Below, in pieces: positions 18,363 through 27,938 of a stretch of DNA of 64,000 nt. The notes under the pieces are model-generated. The model worked only from the letters and a program-made list of their open reading frames with translations. It was not told where the DNA came from and searched no databases. Position 1 is the first letter of the stretch. The number at the start of each line of letters is the position of its first letter. The position numbers and the translations under genes were made by a program. This DNA is from Pseudomonadota bacterium (lineage in GTDB: Bacteria > Myxococcota > JACRCW01 > JAFGSX01), in NCBI GenBank assembly GCA_043821645.1, contig JBDRCO010000072.1, forward strand, positions 79,962 to 143,961, written 5' to 3'.

Positions 18363-20360
18363 ATGCTGAAACGCGATGCGTCCGGAGTTCGCAGCGAGGA
18401 GAGTCCTGTGATCGGCAGCGTGTGCGCGCTGACCTGGATGGTGCTGTCCCAGCCCATGGCTGTGGATGGCATCCTGCCAGCCGGGGATATCCAGATCTCA
18501 GTCTCGCCGGACCATCTGGACCTCGGCGCCGAGCAGCCCGCCACGCTGACCCTGCATGTGTTCAACGCCGACGGCACACCCCAGGATCAGACGCCACCTG
18601 TCCTGCTCGCGTCGATGGGAACTGTTGACGGGCTCCGACGCGTGGCTCCCGGTGTGTTCGTGGCGTCCTACCTTCCTCCTCGATCTGGCTCCCCGCGGGT
18701 CGCGATCATCCTGGCTCGGACCCGGACGCGCAGCGGCCTCATTGCCGGTTGGGCCCGAATTCCGTTGTGGGGCAAGGGCAAGGTCAGCCTCGTCACCAAG
18801 CCGCAGTCCCAGGTCTGGCTCCGTATCGGCGAGACGGCGTTCGGACCGTCCGAGTCCGATCAGAAGGGCCGCGCCAACATCGCCATCCGGGTGCCGCCTG
18901 GGCCCCGCCAGGGCATTGCCGAGACCCTGGATCTCGCGGGCAACACGAGCAAGAAGACCATCGATCTGGGGGTCCGGTCCTTCAACCGGATGGCTGCCTT
19001 CGTCCTCGACGAGAGCATGGTGGCCGATGGCAGCGAGCAGTCCGGCCTGATCGCCTTCGTCGTCGACGACAGGGGAGATCCTCTCATCGAGGCGGACATC
19101 CAGGTCCAGGTCCGGCGCGGCCAGGTGGGTACCGTGCTGCCCCTGGCGCCAGGCGTTTATCGCATCGCCTACAGCTCCCCGAGGGAGATCGGCGATGGCA
19201 AGGACAGCGTCGAGCTGAGCCTCGCCCTGGACCAGACCTCGCGCCGGAACCTGCAGATCGCGCTGACCCCGGGCCTTCCCCAGCGCATTGAGCTGTCAGT
19301 GTATCCCCTGGAGTACCGGGCGGGGTCCGCGGTGCGCCCGGTCATCACCCTGCGGGCTTTCGACGCGTCGGGAAACGTGGCGCCCGCGTCCCTGGTGGAC
19401 CTCACCACCCAGGGTGGCGTGCTGGGCAATGCGCAGCCGGCGGCCCAGGGCGCCGTGCGCATCCCGATCGAACTCAGCGACCGATTCGGCGGGCGCGAGG
19501 TTCTGGTGGTGCGCGCCGAGGCCGTGCGCGGCCAGGCCCAGGCGGAGCTTCGTGTGCCCTTGCTGCCCGACCGCTGCGCCAGGATCACCCTCCGCGGTCC
19601 CGAGCAACTCATCGGCGACGAGCGGCGCGCGCAGTTCACCCTGCGCTGCACGGACCGCTTTGATAATCCCGCGCCCGCGGACGGCATCCAGGTCACGAGT
19701 GCTCTGCTCCTCGTCGAGAACGTGCAGCGGGCTGACGACGAGGTTCGCGTGACCGTGCGCACCCCCTTTCTGACCGCGCCCGACGACGCCACGCTGCTGG
19801 CCCAGGACGGCGAGGCAAGGACCAGCTCCCGCGTCCACCTGCTCCCGGGGATTGGTGTGCAGGCCGTGCTGGGGCCTCGCCTGGTGCTCGGCTGGGCCTA
19901 CGGCGAGCGCTGGCTCACCGGCGCGGCCCTGGACTGGTCGCTGGGGCTCCCGATTGGCCGCGACATGCTGCTTGTGGGCATGAGCCTGGGCGCGCTGCAG
20001 TCCCCCTCCGAGCGGCCACAACCAGGCCTCACGACGGGCGTACGCCGGCTGCTCACGTCCCCCCTGGTGTTCGCCGCGCAGTACGAAAAGCAGGTCCATC
20101 CGCGCATCGCGCTCCATGGTGGGTTGAGCGCAGGCCCGCTGTTCGTGGCACCGACGCTCGAACGCAACGGCGCACGCGTCGATGCTGCACTGCGAACCGC
20201 ACTCCTCGCGGAGGCCATCCTGGGCGCGGGACTGCGCCTCGGTGATGGCATGTTCACCCTGGACCTGCGGGGAGGCTATGCCCTACCCCTTGGCGACGAG
20301 TCCGGGCTCGGCATGCTGTCAGGGCTCTCCATGTCGATGGGCTACCGCTACTACTTCTGA
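18363..20360 (+). CDS. Large secreted protein with tandem Ig-like modules and C-terminal beta-rich (barrel-like) region
   Basis: 665-aa ORF; repeated beta-sandwich-like segments; C-terminus ...SMGYRYYF ends in aromatic residue as in OM barrels. Start uncertain (ATG 18363 or downstream GTG). Confidence 0.45.
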   Translation: MLKRDASGVRSEESPVIGSVCALTWMVLSQPMAVDGILPAGDIQISVSPDHLDLGAEQPATLTLHVFNADGTPQDQTPPVLLASMGTVDGLRRVAPGVFVASYLPPRSGSPRVAIILARTRTRSGLIAGWARIPLWGKGKVSLVTKPQSQVWLRIGETAFGPSESDQKGRANIAIRVPPGPRQGIAETLDLAGNTSKKTIDLGVRSFNRMAAFVLDESMVADGSEQSGLIAFVVDDRGDPLIEADIQVQVRRGQVGTVLPLAPGVYRIAYSSPREIGDGKDSVELSLALDQTSRRNLQIALTPGLPQRIELSVYPLEYRAGSAVRPVITLRAFDASGNVAPASLVDLTTQGGVLGNAQPAAQGAVRIPIELSDRFGGREVLVVRAEAVRGQAQAELRVPLLPDRCARITLRGPEQLIGDERRAQFTLRCTDRFDNPAPADGIQVTSALLLVENVQRADDEVRVTVRTPFLTAPDDATLLAQDGEARTSSRVHLLPGIGVQAVLGPRLVLGWAYGERWLTGAALDWSLGLPIGRDMLLVGMSLGALQSPSERPQPGLTTGVRRLLTSPLVFAAQYEKQVHPRIALHGGLSAGPLFVAPTLERNGARVDAALRTALLAEAILGAGLRLGDGMFTLDLRGGYALPLGDESGLGMLSGLSMSMGYRYYF

Positions 20361-20376
20361 GCGATGCAGCATCGCT
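20360..20376. terminator. Hairpin between convergent genes (candidate bidirectional terminator)
   Basis: agcgat-gcagc-atcgct: 6-bp perfect stem, 5-nt loop, lying in the 22-bp gap between stop codons at 20358-20360 (+) and 20383-20385 (-). Confidence 0.3.
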
Positions 20377-20382
20377 GCGGGC

Positions 20383-21906
20383 TCAGCGTGCTGTGAGATC
20401 GACGCTGCGCTGGACGCGTTCTCCAGCCCGGACCTCGACCTGGATCGTGCGCGTCAGGTCGAAGACCGGGTTGTGCAGGGTGATGCGGTGGGTTCCGACC
20501 GGCAACGAGAGGTCGCGCAGCGGTGTATGGCGCTTGATGGACACCCCGTCGATGGCCACCTGCGCCCAGGGCTCGGCGTGGAGATCCAGCCAGCCGTAGC
20601 CGGATGCCGCGTCCGCCGCCATCGAGGGCTGCGCCACCCGGATCGGTCTGCGGTGCGTGGGGCGGACAACGCCCGCATCCCGCCGCGACATCTCGTGCCC
20701 ATCCTGTGCCGTCCGCTGCACTGCCGCATCCTCCGTCGTGGGCGCGAGAATTCCGGCCTCGCGGCCAACGACCTGCATCACCAGGGCTGGCGCAGCATCC
20801 CGGGGCGTCTGCAGCACTGCAGCGTCGAGCACCTGCCCCTCCCCGGGTCGCTGCCAGTCCCGTAGGGCGATCCCTGTGGCCAGCACGACCAGCCCCACCA
20901 CCAGCGCTGGCACCCACCAGCGCCTGGAGTTGCCCGTGTCGGGCCTCCCCACGACCAGGGTCCGGCGTCGCGGTGCCGGACGCACCCTGTCCTCGAGCGG
21001 CTGGCGCTGACCCAGCACCTCGCTCATCAGCTCCTGCACCGGCACCGGCCCCAGCGACAGGCCCTCCTCGCGGGCGAGACGGCGCACCTGAGCGGCCACC
21101 TGCTCCGCGCCAGAAGGCCTCTCGCCGGCATCTCGCTGCAACAGCTGCAGGACCAGGGCATCGAGACCCGGCATCACCCCGTCGCGCAGCGACCCGGGCG
21201 CTGGAATCTCGGCATCGCGAACAGCCTGGACCGTGTCCAGGTCGGTGTCGCGGTCAAACAGGGGCCGACCGGCCAGCATCTCCCACAGCACGATGCCAGC
21301 GGAGAACAGGTCACTCGCAGGAGTCAGGGCCTCGCCGCGGGTCTGCTCGGGCGACATGTACGCGAACTTGCCCTTGAGGTCGCCGACCCGCGTCTTGTGC
21401 GTCTTGACCACCACCTGCACCACGCCGAAGTCCGTGAGCTTGACCGCACCATCGGTCCCGCACAGCAGGTTGCCCGGGCTCACGTCGCGATGGATCAAGC
21501 ACAACGTGCAGCCCTCCTCGTCCTCCATGGCATGCAGGTAGGCCATGGCGTCGAACAGGGCACAGGCCACGGTCAGGGCGAAGGCGAGCGGCAGGGGCTG
21601 ACTGCGGCGGTCCTGAAGCAGGGTGGCGAGGTCCGTGCCATCCACCAGCTCCATGGCCAGGAAGGGTCCCTCCTCGTCGCTGCCGTGTTCGAGCAAGCGC
21701 ACGACATTGGGATGGCGCAACCGCGCCCACACCCGGCACTCGTCCTGGAACATCTCGACGTAGTCCGGGTCCGCGTCGAAGGGCCGCTTGATGCGCTTGA
21801 GCGCAACCAGGGTGTCCCGGTCCAGGTCCCGGGCCAGGCAGATCTCTGCCATGCCGCCGTCGGCGAGCAGACCCAGGGATTGGTATCGAGACGTGCGTGG
21901 TTCCAT
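20383..21906 (-). CDS. Serine/threonine protein kinase with TM segment and C-terminal PEGA-like domain
   Basis: Track ORF 20383..22854; start at MEPRTSRYQ (ATG 21906). Hanks motifs: VALKRIK, HRDVSPGN, DFG, AYMSPE; TM WWVPALVVGLVVLATGIAL; C-terminal beta-rich segment. Upstream 316 codons of the track ORF are antisense to the next gene. Confidence 0.7.
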   Translation of the reverse strand: MEPRTSRYQSLGLLADGGMAEICLARDLDRDTLVALKRIKRPFDADPDYVEMFQDECRVWARLRHPNVVRLLEHGSDEEGPFLAMELVDGTDLATLLQDRRSQPLPLAFALTVACALFDAMAYLHAMEDEEGCTLCLIHRDVSPGNLLCGTDGAVKLTDFGVVQVVVKTHKTRVGDLKGKFAYMSPEQTRGEALTPASDLFSAGIVLWEMLAGRPLFDRDTDLDTVQAVRDAEIPAPGSLRDGVMPGLDALVLQLLQRDAGERPSGAEQVAAQVRRLAREEGLSLGPVPVQELMSEVLGQRQPLEDRVRPAPRRRTLVVGRPDTGNSRRWWVPALVVGLVVLATGIALRDWQRPGEGQVLDAAVLQTPRDAAPALVMQVVGREAGILAPTTEDAAVQRTAQDGHEMSRRDAGVVRPTHRRPIRVAQPSMAADAASGYGWLDLHAEPWAQVAIDGVSIKRHTPLRDLSLPVGTHRITLHNPVFDLTRTIQVEVRAGERVQRSVDLTAR

Positions 21907-22002
21907 TGCGACCCGGTCCAGGTTGCCTGTATCGTAGCCTGCCTGTTCAGGTGCGCAAAACTGCAGGTGGCGTGTCGTCCACGGAACCGGGAAGCATCGC
22001 TC

Positions 22003-23208
22003 GTGCTCGCTTGCTCCAGCATCCTGCTTGCTGCTCATCTGGCCCTGGCCAGCGCTCCCCGCGCGGCCATCCTGTCCCTCGACGACGGGGAGCAGGTCCC
22101 GGCGCAGCAGGCAGCCATCGAGGCGAGCCTGGCGGTCCGCGGCTACAGCAGCATCGACAGTGTGGATGCCCGCAGGTTGCTCGGCGACGAGCCTCCCGAG
22201 CAGGATGCCCAGGCGCTGGCCATCGAGGCCAAGAAAGCCTTTGGCGACTTCGATAGCACCACCGCACGCGAACGTCTGCGACAGGCCCAGGACATTCTGT
22301 TTGAATCGCCACGCATCCTTTCCGAGCGCACGCTGCTGGCGGACCTGCACCTGCTCGAGGGCCAGATCGCGCTCAGCGCGGGGCAGCACGACGAGGCCCT
22401 GCAGGCCCTGGCCCGCGCGGCACTGCTCGAGCCGGACAGGACCCTGCACCCCGGGCTGTATCCGCCGGACCTCATCGAGTCCTACACCGAGGCCCAGGAT
22501 TGGCTGAAGACCCAGGCCCAGGGCGCACTGGTGGTGACGACCTGGCCGGAGCATGCGCATGTCTACGTCGACGGCGTGTTCCGCGGCGAGGCGCCGGCGG
22601 TGATCGAAGGTCTGCCCGCAGGCTGGCACTACGCCACAGCCGCCGTGGATGGTCGGGGCGCGCGCACGCGGCCTTTCCTCGTCGAGGGAGGGCGCTCCAC
22701 ACAGACCACGCTGTTCGTGCCGGATGAAGCGGTCCGGGAGCAGCTCCCTTCGCTGCTGCGACGCTACCGGGCCCAGCCGGACGATGCCGATGTCGCCGCC
22801 AGGTTGCTCACCGCGGTGGGTGCACAGCTCCTCGTCGCCACGGGCACGAGCCACGACGCGGCGGCCCAGATTCTCGACGACGATCAGGCCGCGGTGGTCG
22901 TGGAGCCCGTCCTGGCGTCCACGATCGCCATCGAGGCGCGGGTCGACAAGCTCCTCGAAGCCCTCAGGAAAAAGCGCCCGGCCTCGCTGCCCGGCGTGGG
23001 CACCACAGCCACCTCGGACAGTCCACCGGCCTCGCTCGACCCGTCCGGCGATGGGGCTCCCTCACCCTGGCCCTGGATTGCCGCCGGGGCCGCAGGCCTG
23101 GTACTCGCAGGTGGAGTCACCGCCGCCATCGCCATCGCCATCGCCCTGGGGCAGCCCGAGGAGCCGGAGGATCGCGTCGATATCTACCTCGGGGGGCCCA
23201 GCCTGTGA
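22003..23208 (+). CDS. Secreted protein with TPR-like helices, PEGA-like domain and C-terminal TM
   Basis: Track ORF 21397..23208; earliest plausible start after the divergent kinase gene is GTG at 22003 (VLACSSILLAAHLALASA signal-like); PEGA-like VVTTWPEHAHVYVDGVFRGEAP...; C-terminal helix WIAAGAAGLVLAGGVTAAIAIAIAL. Confidence 0.45.
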   Translation: MLACSSILLAAHLALASAPRAAILSLDDGEQVPAQQAAIEASLAVRGYSSIDSVDARRLLGDEPPEQDAQALAIEAKKAFGDFDSTTARERLRQAQDILFESPRILSERTLLADLHLLEGQIALSAGQHDEALQALARAALLEPDRTLHPGLYPPDLIESYTEAQDWLKTQAQGALVVTTWPEHAHVYVDGVFRGEAPAVIEGLPAGWHYATAAVDGRGARTRPFLVEGGRSTQTTLFVPDEAVREQLPSLLRRYRAQPDDADVAARLLTAVGAQLLVATGTSHDAAAQILDDDQAAVVVEPVLASTIAIEARVDKLLEALRKKRPASLPGVGTTATSDSPPASLDPSGDGAPSPWPWIAAGAAGLVLAGGVTAAIAIAIALGQPEEPEDRVDIYLGGPSL

Positions 23209-24098
23209 TGCGGCTGCGCTCAGTTGCGCCGTGCGCGAGCGTCCTGGCCCTGGCCTGGATCCTCGGTGCATGCCCCAAGCCAGTGCCACCGCCAGTGCGC
23301 ACCGTGTCCATCAAGCCGTACTTCAAACCGTCGTGCGACTCGATCTGTGTCAGCACCTGTCTGGCCTGCGTCGACACCCTGCAGGTGTTCGCCATCGATG
23401 CCACGGGCCAGCGCCTGGTCGAGCGCTGTCTGGACGTCACCGGACGCTGGGAAACCCTGTGCGACCTGGCCACCGGCAGTGCCCAGCGATTGCTCGAAGA
23501 AGTCCCGACGAAAGAACCGGTGGTGCTCGAACTGCGGGCCTACCGTCGCCGCGACGCCTGGCGCCCGGATGCCGGTGTCGACGGAGGCAGCCTGTGCCAG
23601 GTGCTGCCGCGCAGCCGTGCGTGGAGCTGCGATGTCCACCAGAGCGACCTGATGCTGTGGGGCCGCGCGCGGCCCACGGATCTGAGCGCGGATGGGGGTC
23701 AGAGCAGCATCCTGGTCGAGTTCGAATGTCGCGCGGGCTGTGACTGCGTGGACATCGCAGCCCGCAAGCCGAGCTGCCCCGACGATCTGCCCGAGAGTGC
23801 GTGCGTCCCCGGCGATAGTTGCAGGCTGGGCTGCATCGATCAGACGGGCTGTTTCGAGGGTGCCCTGCGCTGCGACGTCGACGCCGGGCACTGTGACCCC
23901 GAATCTGCCGTCGGCTCGGCCACCCTCCCTTTCTGTGCGTCCTGCCAGCGTGCCAGCGACTGCCAGGACAGGTTGTGCATTGGCCGCCCGGGCCAGGATG
24001 GGGGCTTCTGCGCGCGCTCCTGCCCAGACCTGTCCTGTCCGCGCGGGGCGAAGTGCACAGCCATCGGCAATGACGGCGGATACAGCACCCTGCCCTGA
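23205..24098 (+). CDS. Cys-rich lipoprotein
   Basis: Lipobox ALAWILGACP; 30+ Cys in C-x-C / CxxxC clusters; start overlaps previous stop. Confidence 0.5.
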   Translation: MMRLRSVAPCASVLALAWILGACPKPVPPPVRTVSIKPYFKPSCDSICVSTCLACVDTLQVFAIDATGQRLVERCLDVTGRWETLCDLATGSAQRLLEEVPTKEPVVLELRAYRRRDAWRPDAGVDGGSLCQVLPRSRAWSCDVHQSDLMLWGRARPTDLSADGGQSSILVEFECRAGCDCVDIAARKPSCPDDLPESACVPGDSCRLGCIDQTGCFEGALRCDVDAGHCDPESAVGSATLPFCASCQRASDCQDRLCIGRPGQDGGFCARSCPDLSCPRGAKCTAIGNDGGYSTLP

Positions 24099-24129
24099 AC
24101 CTGCGGCGGCCCCACGACGACGGGTGCGC

Positions 24130-24981
24130 TCAGGCCAGAGCCACGGCCTCGGCCACCACCACCTGCCCGCGGTCCTCCCGCACCCTGCAGGCCGCCACCA
24201 CCGGGTCGTGCTCGAAGACCAGGATCCAGTTGTCCTCGACCGCCTGGGCCAGGATGGCTTTCTTCTCCTCGATGGTGGTCAGGGGATACAGGTCATAGCC
24301 CATGACCCACGGGATGCGCAGATGGGCTGTGGTCGGGATCACGTCGCCACAATACAGCAGGGTCTCGCCGCCACCCCGAACCCGTACCAGCTGCTGACCC
24401 ACGCTGTGTCCCTCGCTGACCAGCACCTCGACACCGTCGAAGATCTCGGTATCTCCGTCGAGCAGGTGCAGCCGGCCGCTGCGCGCGAGCAGGGTCACCT
24501 CGTCGAGCTTGAACGAACCGCGATCCTTCTCACTGGCGTGCTCTGCCCACTTGAAGTGCCGGCGCTGCAGGTGGTGGGTCGCCTCGGAAAATGTCGGCAC
24601 GAGGGTGCCCGCGCCATCCCGGCGCACGATGCCTCCGGCATGATCGAAATGCAGGTGGGTCAAGATCACATCCGTGACCTCGTCCGGCGCGACGCCGATG
24701 CGCTGCAGGGCGCCCAGGACACCTCCAGCCACGGGAGCCAGGTCGTAGATATCCTGCTCGCGCTCGCTCCAGTTCTCGCCGGCGCCGGTGTCGACCAGGA
24801 CCAGCCGACCGGCCACCCGCAGCAACAGGCAGCGCAGTGCCAGCGGGATGCGATTGCGCACATCCGCAGCGATCTGCTTCTCCCACAGCGGCTTGGGAAC
24901 GACGCCAAACATGGCGCCACCGTCGAGCGCGAAGCGTCCCATCTCGATCGTTCGAACCTCGATCTCGCCCAGCTGTCGCAT
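24130..24981 (-). CDS. MBL-fold metallo-hydrolase
   Basis: HxHxDH zinc motif (LTHLHFDHAGG) and downstream His/Asp ligands; start taken at MRQLGEIEV. Confidence 0.6.
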   Translation of the reverse strand: MRQLGEIEVRTIEMGRFALDGGAMFGVVPKPLWEKQIAADVRNRIPLALRCLLLRVAGRLVLVDTGAGENWSEREQDIYDLAPVAGGVLGALQRIGVAPDEVTDVILTHLHFDHAGGIVRRDGAGTLVPTFSEATHHLQRRHFKWAEHASEKDRGSFKLDEVTLLARSGRLHLLDGDTEIFDGVEVLVSEGHSVGQQLVRVRGGGETLLYCGDVIPTTAHLRIPWVMGYDLYPLTTIEEKKAILAQAVEDNWILVFEHDPVVAACRVREDRGQVVVAEAVALA

Positions 24982-25138
24982 CCTCGAACCTCGCACCTCA
25001 GACGTCCTGGTCGACCCCCTGGCACCTCGTCAATTCTGGGCCGTTCTCGCTCGAGCTGCAACGCTGGCGCTCGCGGGCACCGACGCCAGCGGCTTTCCTT
25101 GCACGCGGCCGCCGGAACGCGATACCACAGGAAAGGTG

Positions 25139-27019
25139 ATGCCACGCCAGCGCCACAGATGCGTGTTTTCGCGATACCGGACCAGGGCCGGTGCACTGTT
25201 CCTGTGCCTGACCCTGGCGTGTGAGCACACACCAATCAAACCGGACGAGACCAGCACCTTGACCCGGAGGTCGGCAAAGGACACGTCCCTGGCGACGCTG
25301 CCTGCCGACGAGGTTCGATTCATCTCCTCCGAGGCTTACTACCACTTCTTGCAGGGACAGCTTGCGGCCGATGCTGGGCAGTGTGAGCGCGCGATCGAGC
25401 ATTATCGAGAGGCCCTGTCCTTCGATCCGGACTCGGCACACCTGCACGTGCTCTGTGGCCGCTGCCTGCTTCGACTCGGACGCCTGGACGACAGCCTGCG
25501 CGAGGCCAGACGCGCCGTGGCACTCGATCCGTCGGGTGCCGATGCCTCCCTGCTGCTGGCCCGCGGCCTGATGCTCGCGCGGGATCTGCCGCAGGCCGCG
25601 CAGGTGCTCAAACGCGCCGCCGAGGCACACCCGGAGACCACGAGTCTCGTCGAACTGCAGGCGGAGATTGCCCTGGACCGGGGTCAGGACGAGTACGCGC
25701 TGCAGCTGATGCAGCGGCTCGCGACCCACGACCCCTCGGATCCGCGCCCAACCCTTGCTCTCGGCTTGTTGTTGCTGCGCCAGACCCGCTGGGAACTCGC
25801 GGCCCAGGCCCTGGAGCAGACACTGCAACGCGACCCCGATTCCCTCGACGCCATGGACGCCCTGACCCGAGCCTACGAGCACCTGGACCGCCGCGAAGAC
25901 GCCGCACGGGTGGCTGCACGCCGTCTCGATCTGACCCCGGACGACCGGGATGCCATCTATTCCTTCATGCGCCTGCAGGCGCGGACAGGTCAGCTGGGTC
26001 CCGCACAGGTGCTGATGCAGCGCTGGCACGACGAGGAAGGGAGCGCGGAGCTTTGGGTGGCGGCGGCCCAGGGACTGGCGGACGGAGGCGCCGACGCCAG
26101 CGCGGTCACGGTTCTCGACGAGATCCTGGCACGCGAACCGGATCTGGACCTGGCCCTGTTTACCGCAGGAAGCCTGCATGCGCGACACGGCCGCCTGAAA
26201 CGCGCCGATACCCTCCTGCGCCGCCTCGAGCCCGGTTCTCCACTCTTCTCCGAAGCGCAGGTCGAGCGCAGTCGCGTGCTGTGGCGCATGGGACGCCTCC
26301 GGGAATCGCGGGAGGTCCTGGAGCAAGCCCGCACCAGCGTCCCCGACAGCCTCGAGATAAGCCTGGCTCTCGCCGATGTCCTCGCCCGCCAGCAACAGTA
26401 CGAGAGGGCCTTCGCCATTCTCGAAGAGCTCCCCGTGCCCGCCCTGGGCCGCGAACTGGTCGTGGCGGCGCGCTCGCAGCTGCTGGCCGAGATGGGTCGT
26501 GCCGACGAGAGCGTGCAGGTTGTGTCTGACCTGGTGGCCCTGCGCCCCGACGATGCCGACCTGCTGGTGCTGCTGGCCATCGCCTACGAGCGCGCCGGAC
26601 GAAAAGCCGAGAGCGAGGGTGCGGCGCGCCAGGCCCTCACTGCCATGCCGGACCATGTGGCCGCCCAGAACTTCCTGGCCTACACCCTGGCTCAGCACGG
26701 GGACAGGCTGGACGAGGCCGTAGAACTCGCCCGGAGGGCGGTGTCGACCAGTCCAGACGACGGCTACATCGTCGACACTCTGGGTTTCGTGCTGCTGCAG
26801 CAGGGAAGCGTGGCTGAGGCCAGACAGGTCTTGCTCAGGGCAAATGAACTCAGCCCCGACGAGCCAGAGATCCTCCTGCACCTGGGAGATACGGAGCGCG
26901 CTCTGGGTCAACACCACAGCGCCCTGAAACGCTACCGCCGCGCACTCCAGCTGAGCCCGCGCGAGCGAAGCGTCCGCGAGGCGGTGCAGGAGCGCTTGAC
27001 CCGAGGAGGCTCGAGGTGA
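25139..27019 (+). CDS. TPR-repeat lipoprotein
   Basis: Track ORF 24788..27019; start at MPRQRHRCVFSRYRTRAGALFLCLTLAC (ATG 25139); more than 12 TPR-like units across 620 aa. Confidence 0.6.
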   Translation: MPRQRHRCVFSRYRTRAGALFLCLTLACEHTPIKPDETSTLTRRSAKDTSLATLPADEVRFISSEAYYHFLQGQLAADAGQCERAIEHYREALSFDPDSAHLHVLCGRCLLRLGRLDDSLREARRAVALDPSGADASLLLARGLMLARDLPQAAQVLKRAAEAHPETTSLVELQAEIALDRGQDEYALQLMQRLATHDPSDPRPTLALGLLLLRQTRWELAAQALEQTLQRDPDSLDAMDALTRAYEHLDRREDAARVAARRLDLTPDDRDAIYSFMRLQARTGQLGPAQVLMQRWHDEEGSAELWVAAAQGLADGGADASAVTVLDEILAREPDLDLALFTAGSLHARHGRLKRADTLLRRLEPGSPLFSEAQVERSRVLWRMGRLRESREVLEQARTSVPDSLEISLALADVLARQQQYERAFAILEELPVPALGRELVVAARSQLLAEMGRADESVQVVSDLVALRPDDADLLVLLAIAYERAGRKAESEGAARQALTAMPDHVAAQNFLAYTLAQHGDRLDEAVELARRAVSTSPDDGYIVDTLGFVLLQQGSVAEARQVLLRANELSPDEPEILLHLGDTERALGQHHSALKRYRRALQLSPRERSVREAVQERLTRGGSR

Positions 27020-27834
27020 CCCGGCACACTGTGCGTCGTCGGTTTCCAGCACCGCTGACCTTTGCTGTCGCGCTTGGTGTGCTCACCACGTCGGGGTGTC
27101 CGCACCCTGCCTCTCCCATCCCGCGCCTGGCCGGCGTCGAGCCGGCGGATCTGCTCGCGCGTCTGCAGGTCGCGTGGGATAAACCTCGCCAGGCGGTGGG
27201 CCTGGTCCTGCTGGAGTATCTGGCGAGCGACGGCTTTTTTCGCGGCGAGGCTGACGTGGCTGTGCAACGGCCGCGGAACCTGCGCATCGAGCTGCGGTCC
27301 TTCTTCGGGCAGCCGGCCGGGGCGCTGGTTTGTGATGGGCGACGTTACACCTTCGTGGACAACACCAGGGCGATCAGCCAGTCCGGCCCGCTGGACGACC
27401 CGGCCCTGCGTGCCCTGCTCCCCCTAGGGCTCGACGCCACGACGACGGTCTCGCTGCTCCTCGGAGGGCTCCCCGCCCTCGGACCCGGCTCCACCTCCTA
27501 CATCAAACCGCAACGACCTCCACACCTGGCGCTGCGGCACGACGACGAGGCAGGGCGCTGGCTGCTCGAGCTCGACGACAGGGCCGAGCGTCTGCTCCAG
27601 GTCGAGCACCAGGACAGCCGGGGCGATCTGCGCTTCCGGGCGCGCTTTGACGGCGCCGACTCCAGAGGCACCGTACGCTTCTCGCGCAAGGGTGAGGTCG
27701 AGGTGCGCGGGCGTGCAGGTGCCGTGAGCTGGGCTTGGAAGGACGTCGAGCTGGACGGTGAGGCCTTGCCGGCCGAGGCCTGGCAACTCAATCTACCAGG
27801 CAGCAGTTCCGACGACGACCAGAGCGAGGATTGA
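27016..27834 (+). CDS. Lipoprotein, possibly LolA/LolB-like fold
   Basis: Lipobox LGVLTTSGCP; beta-rich; start overlaps TPR stop. Fold assignment is a guess from architecture and adjacency to a TPR gene. Confidence 0.4.
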   Translation: MTRHTVRRRFPAPLTFAVALGVLTTSGCPHPASPIPRLAGVEPADLLARLQVAWDKPRQAVGLVLLEYLASDGFFRGEADVAVQRPRNLRIELRSFFGQPAGALVCDGRRYTFVDNTRAISQSGPLDDPALRALLPLGLDATTTVSLLLGGLPALGPGSTSYIKPQRPPHLALRHDDEAGRWLLELDDRAERLLQVEHQDSRGDLRFRARFDGADSRGTVRFSRKGEVEVRGRAGAVSWAWKDVELDGEALPAEAWQLNLPGSSSDDDQSED

Positions 27835-27844
27835 AGCCGTCGTC

Positions 27845-27923
27845 TTGCGACGAATTTTGCCCAGGTGCTAGCATGCGGTAGTCTGGTGTTCACACCTCGA
27901 GGTGCCGTGCGGGGACGGCACCA
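27845..27923 (+). promoter_or_regulatory. Candidate sigma-70-type promoter and 5-prime UTR hairpin upstream of first MshEN gene
   Basis: TTGCGA (27845-27850), 18-bp spacer, TAGCAT (27869-27874); then perfect inverted repeat ggtgccgt-gcgggg-acggcacc (27901-27922) 16 nt before the ATG at 27939. Confidence 0.25.
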
Positions 27924-27938
27924 GGTATAGGTTTGTCG

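Noticed and set aside
21907-22854. N-terminal 316 codons of track ORF 20383..22854
   Set aside because: Sequence upstream of MEPRTSRYQ is Arg/Gly/Leu-rich nonsense and overlaps the divergent plus-strand gene; kinase start placed at 21906.
24998-27052. 684-aa minus-strand ORF
   Set aside because: Antisense to the TPR lipoprotein gene.
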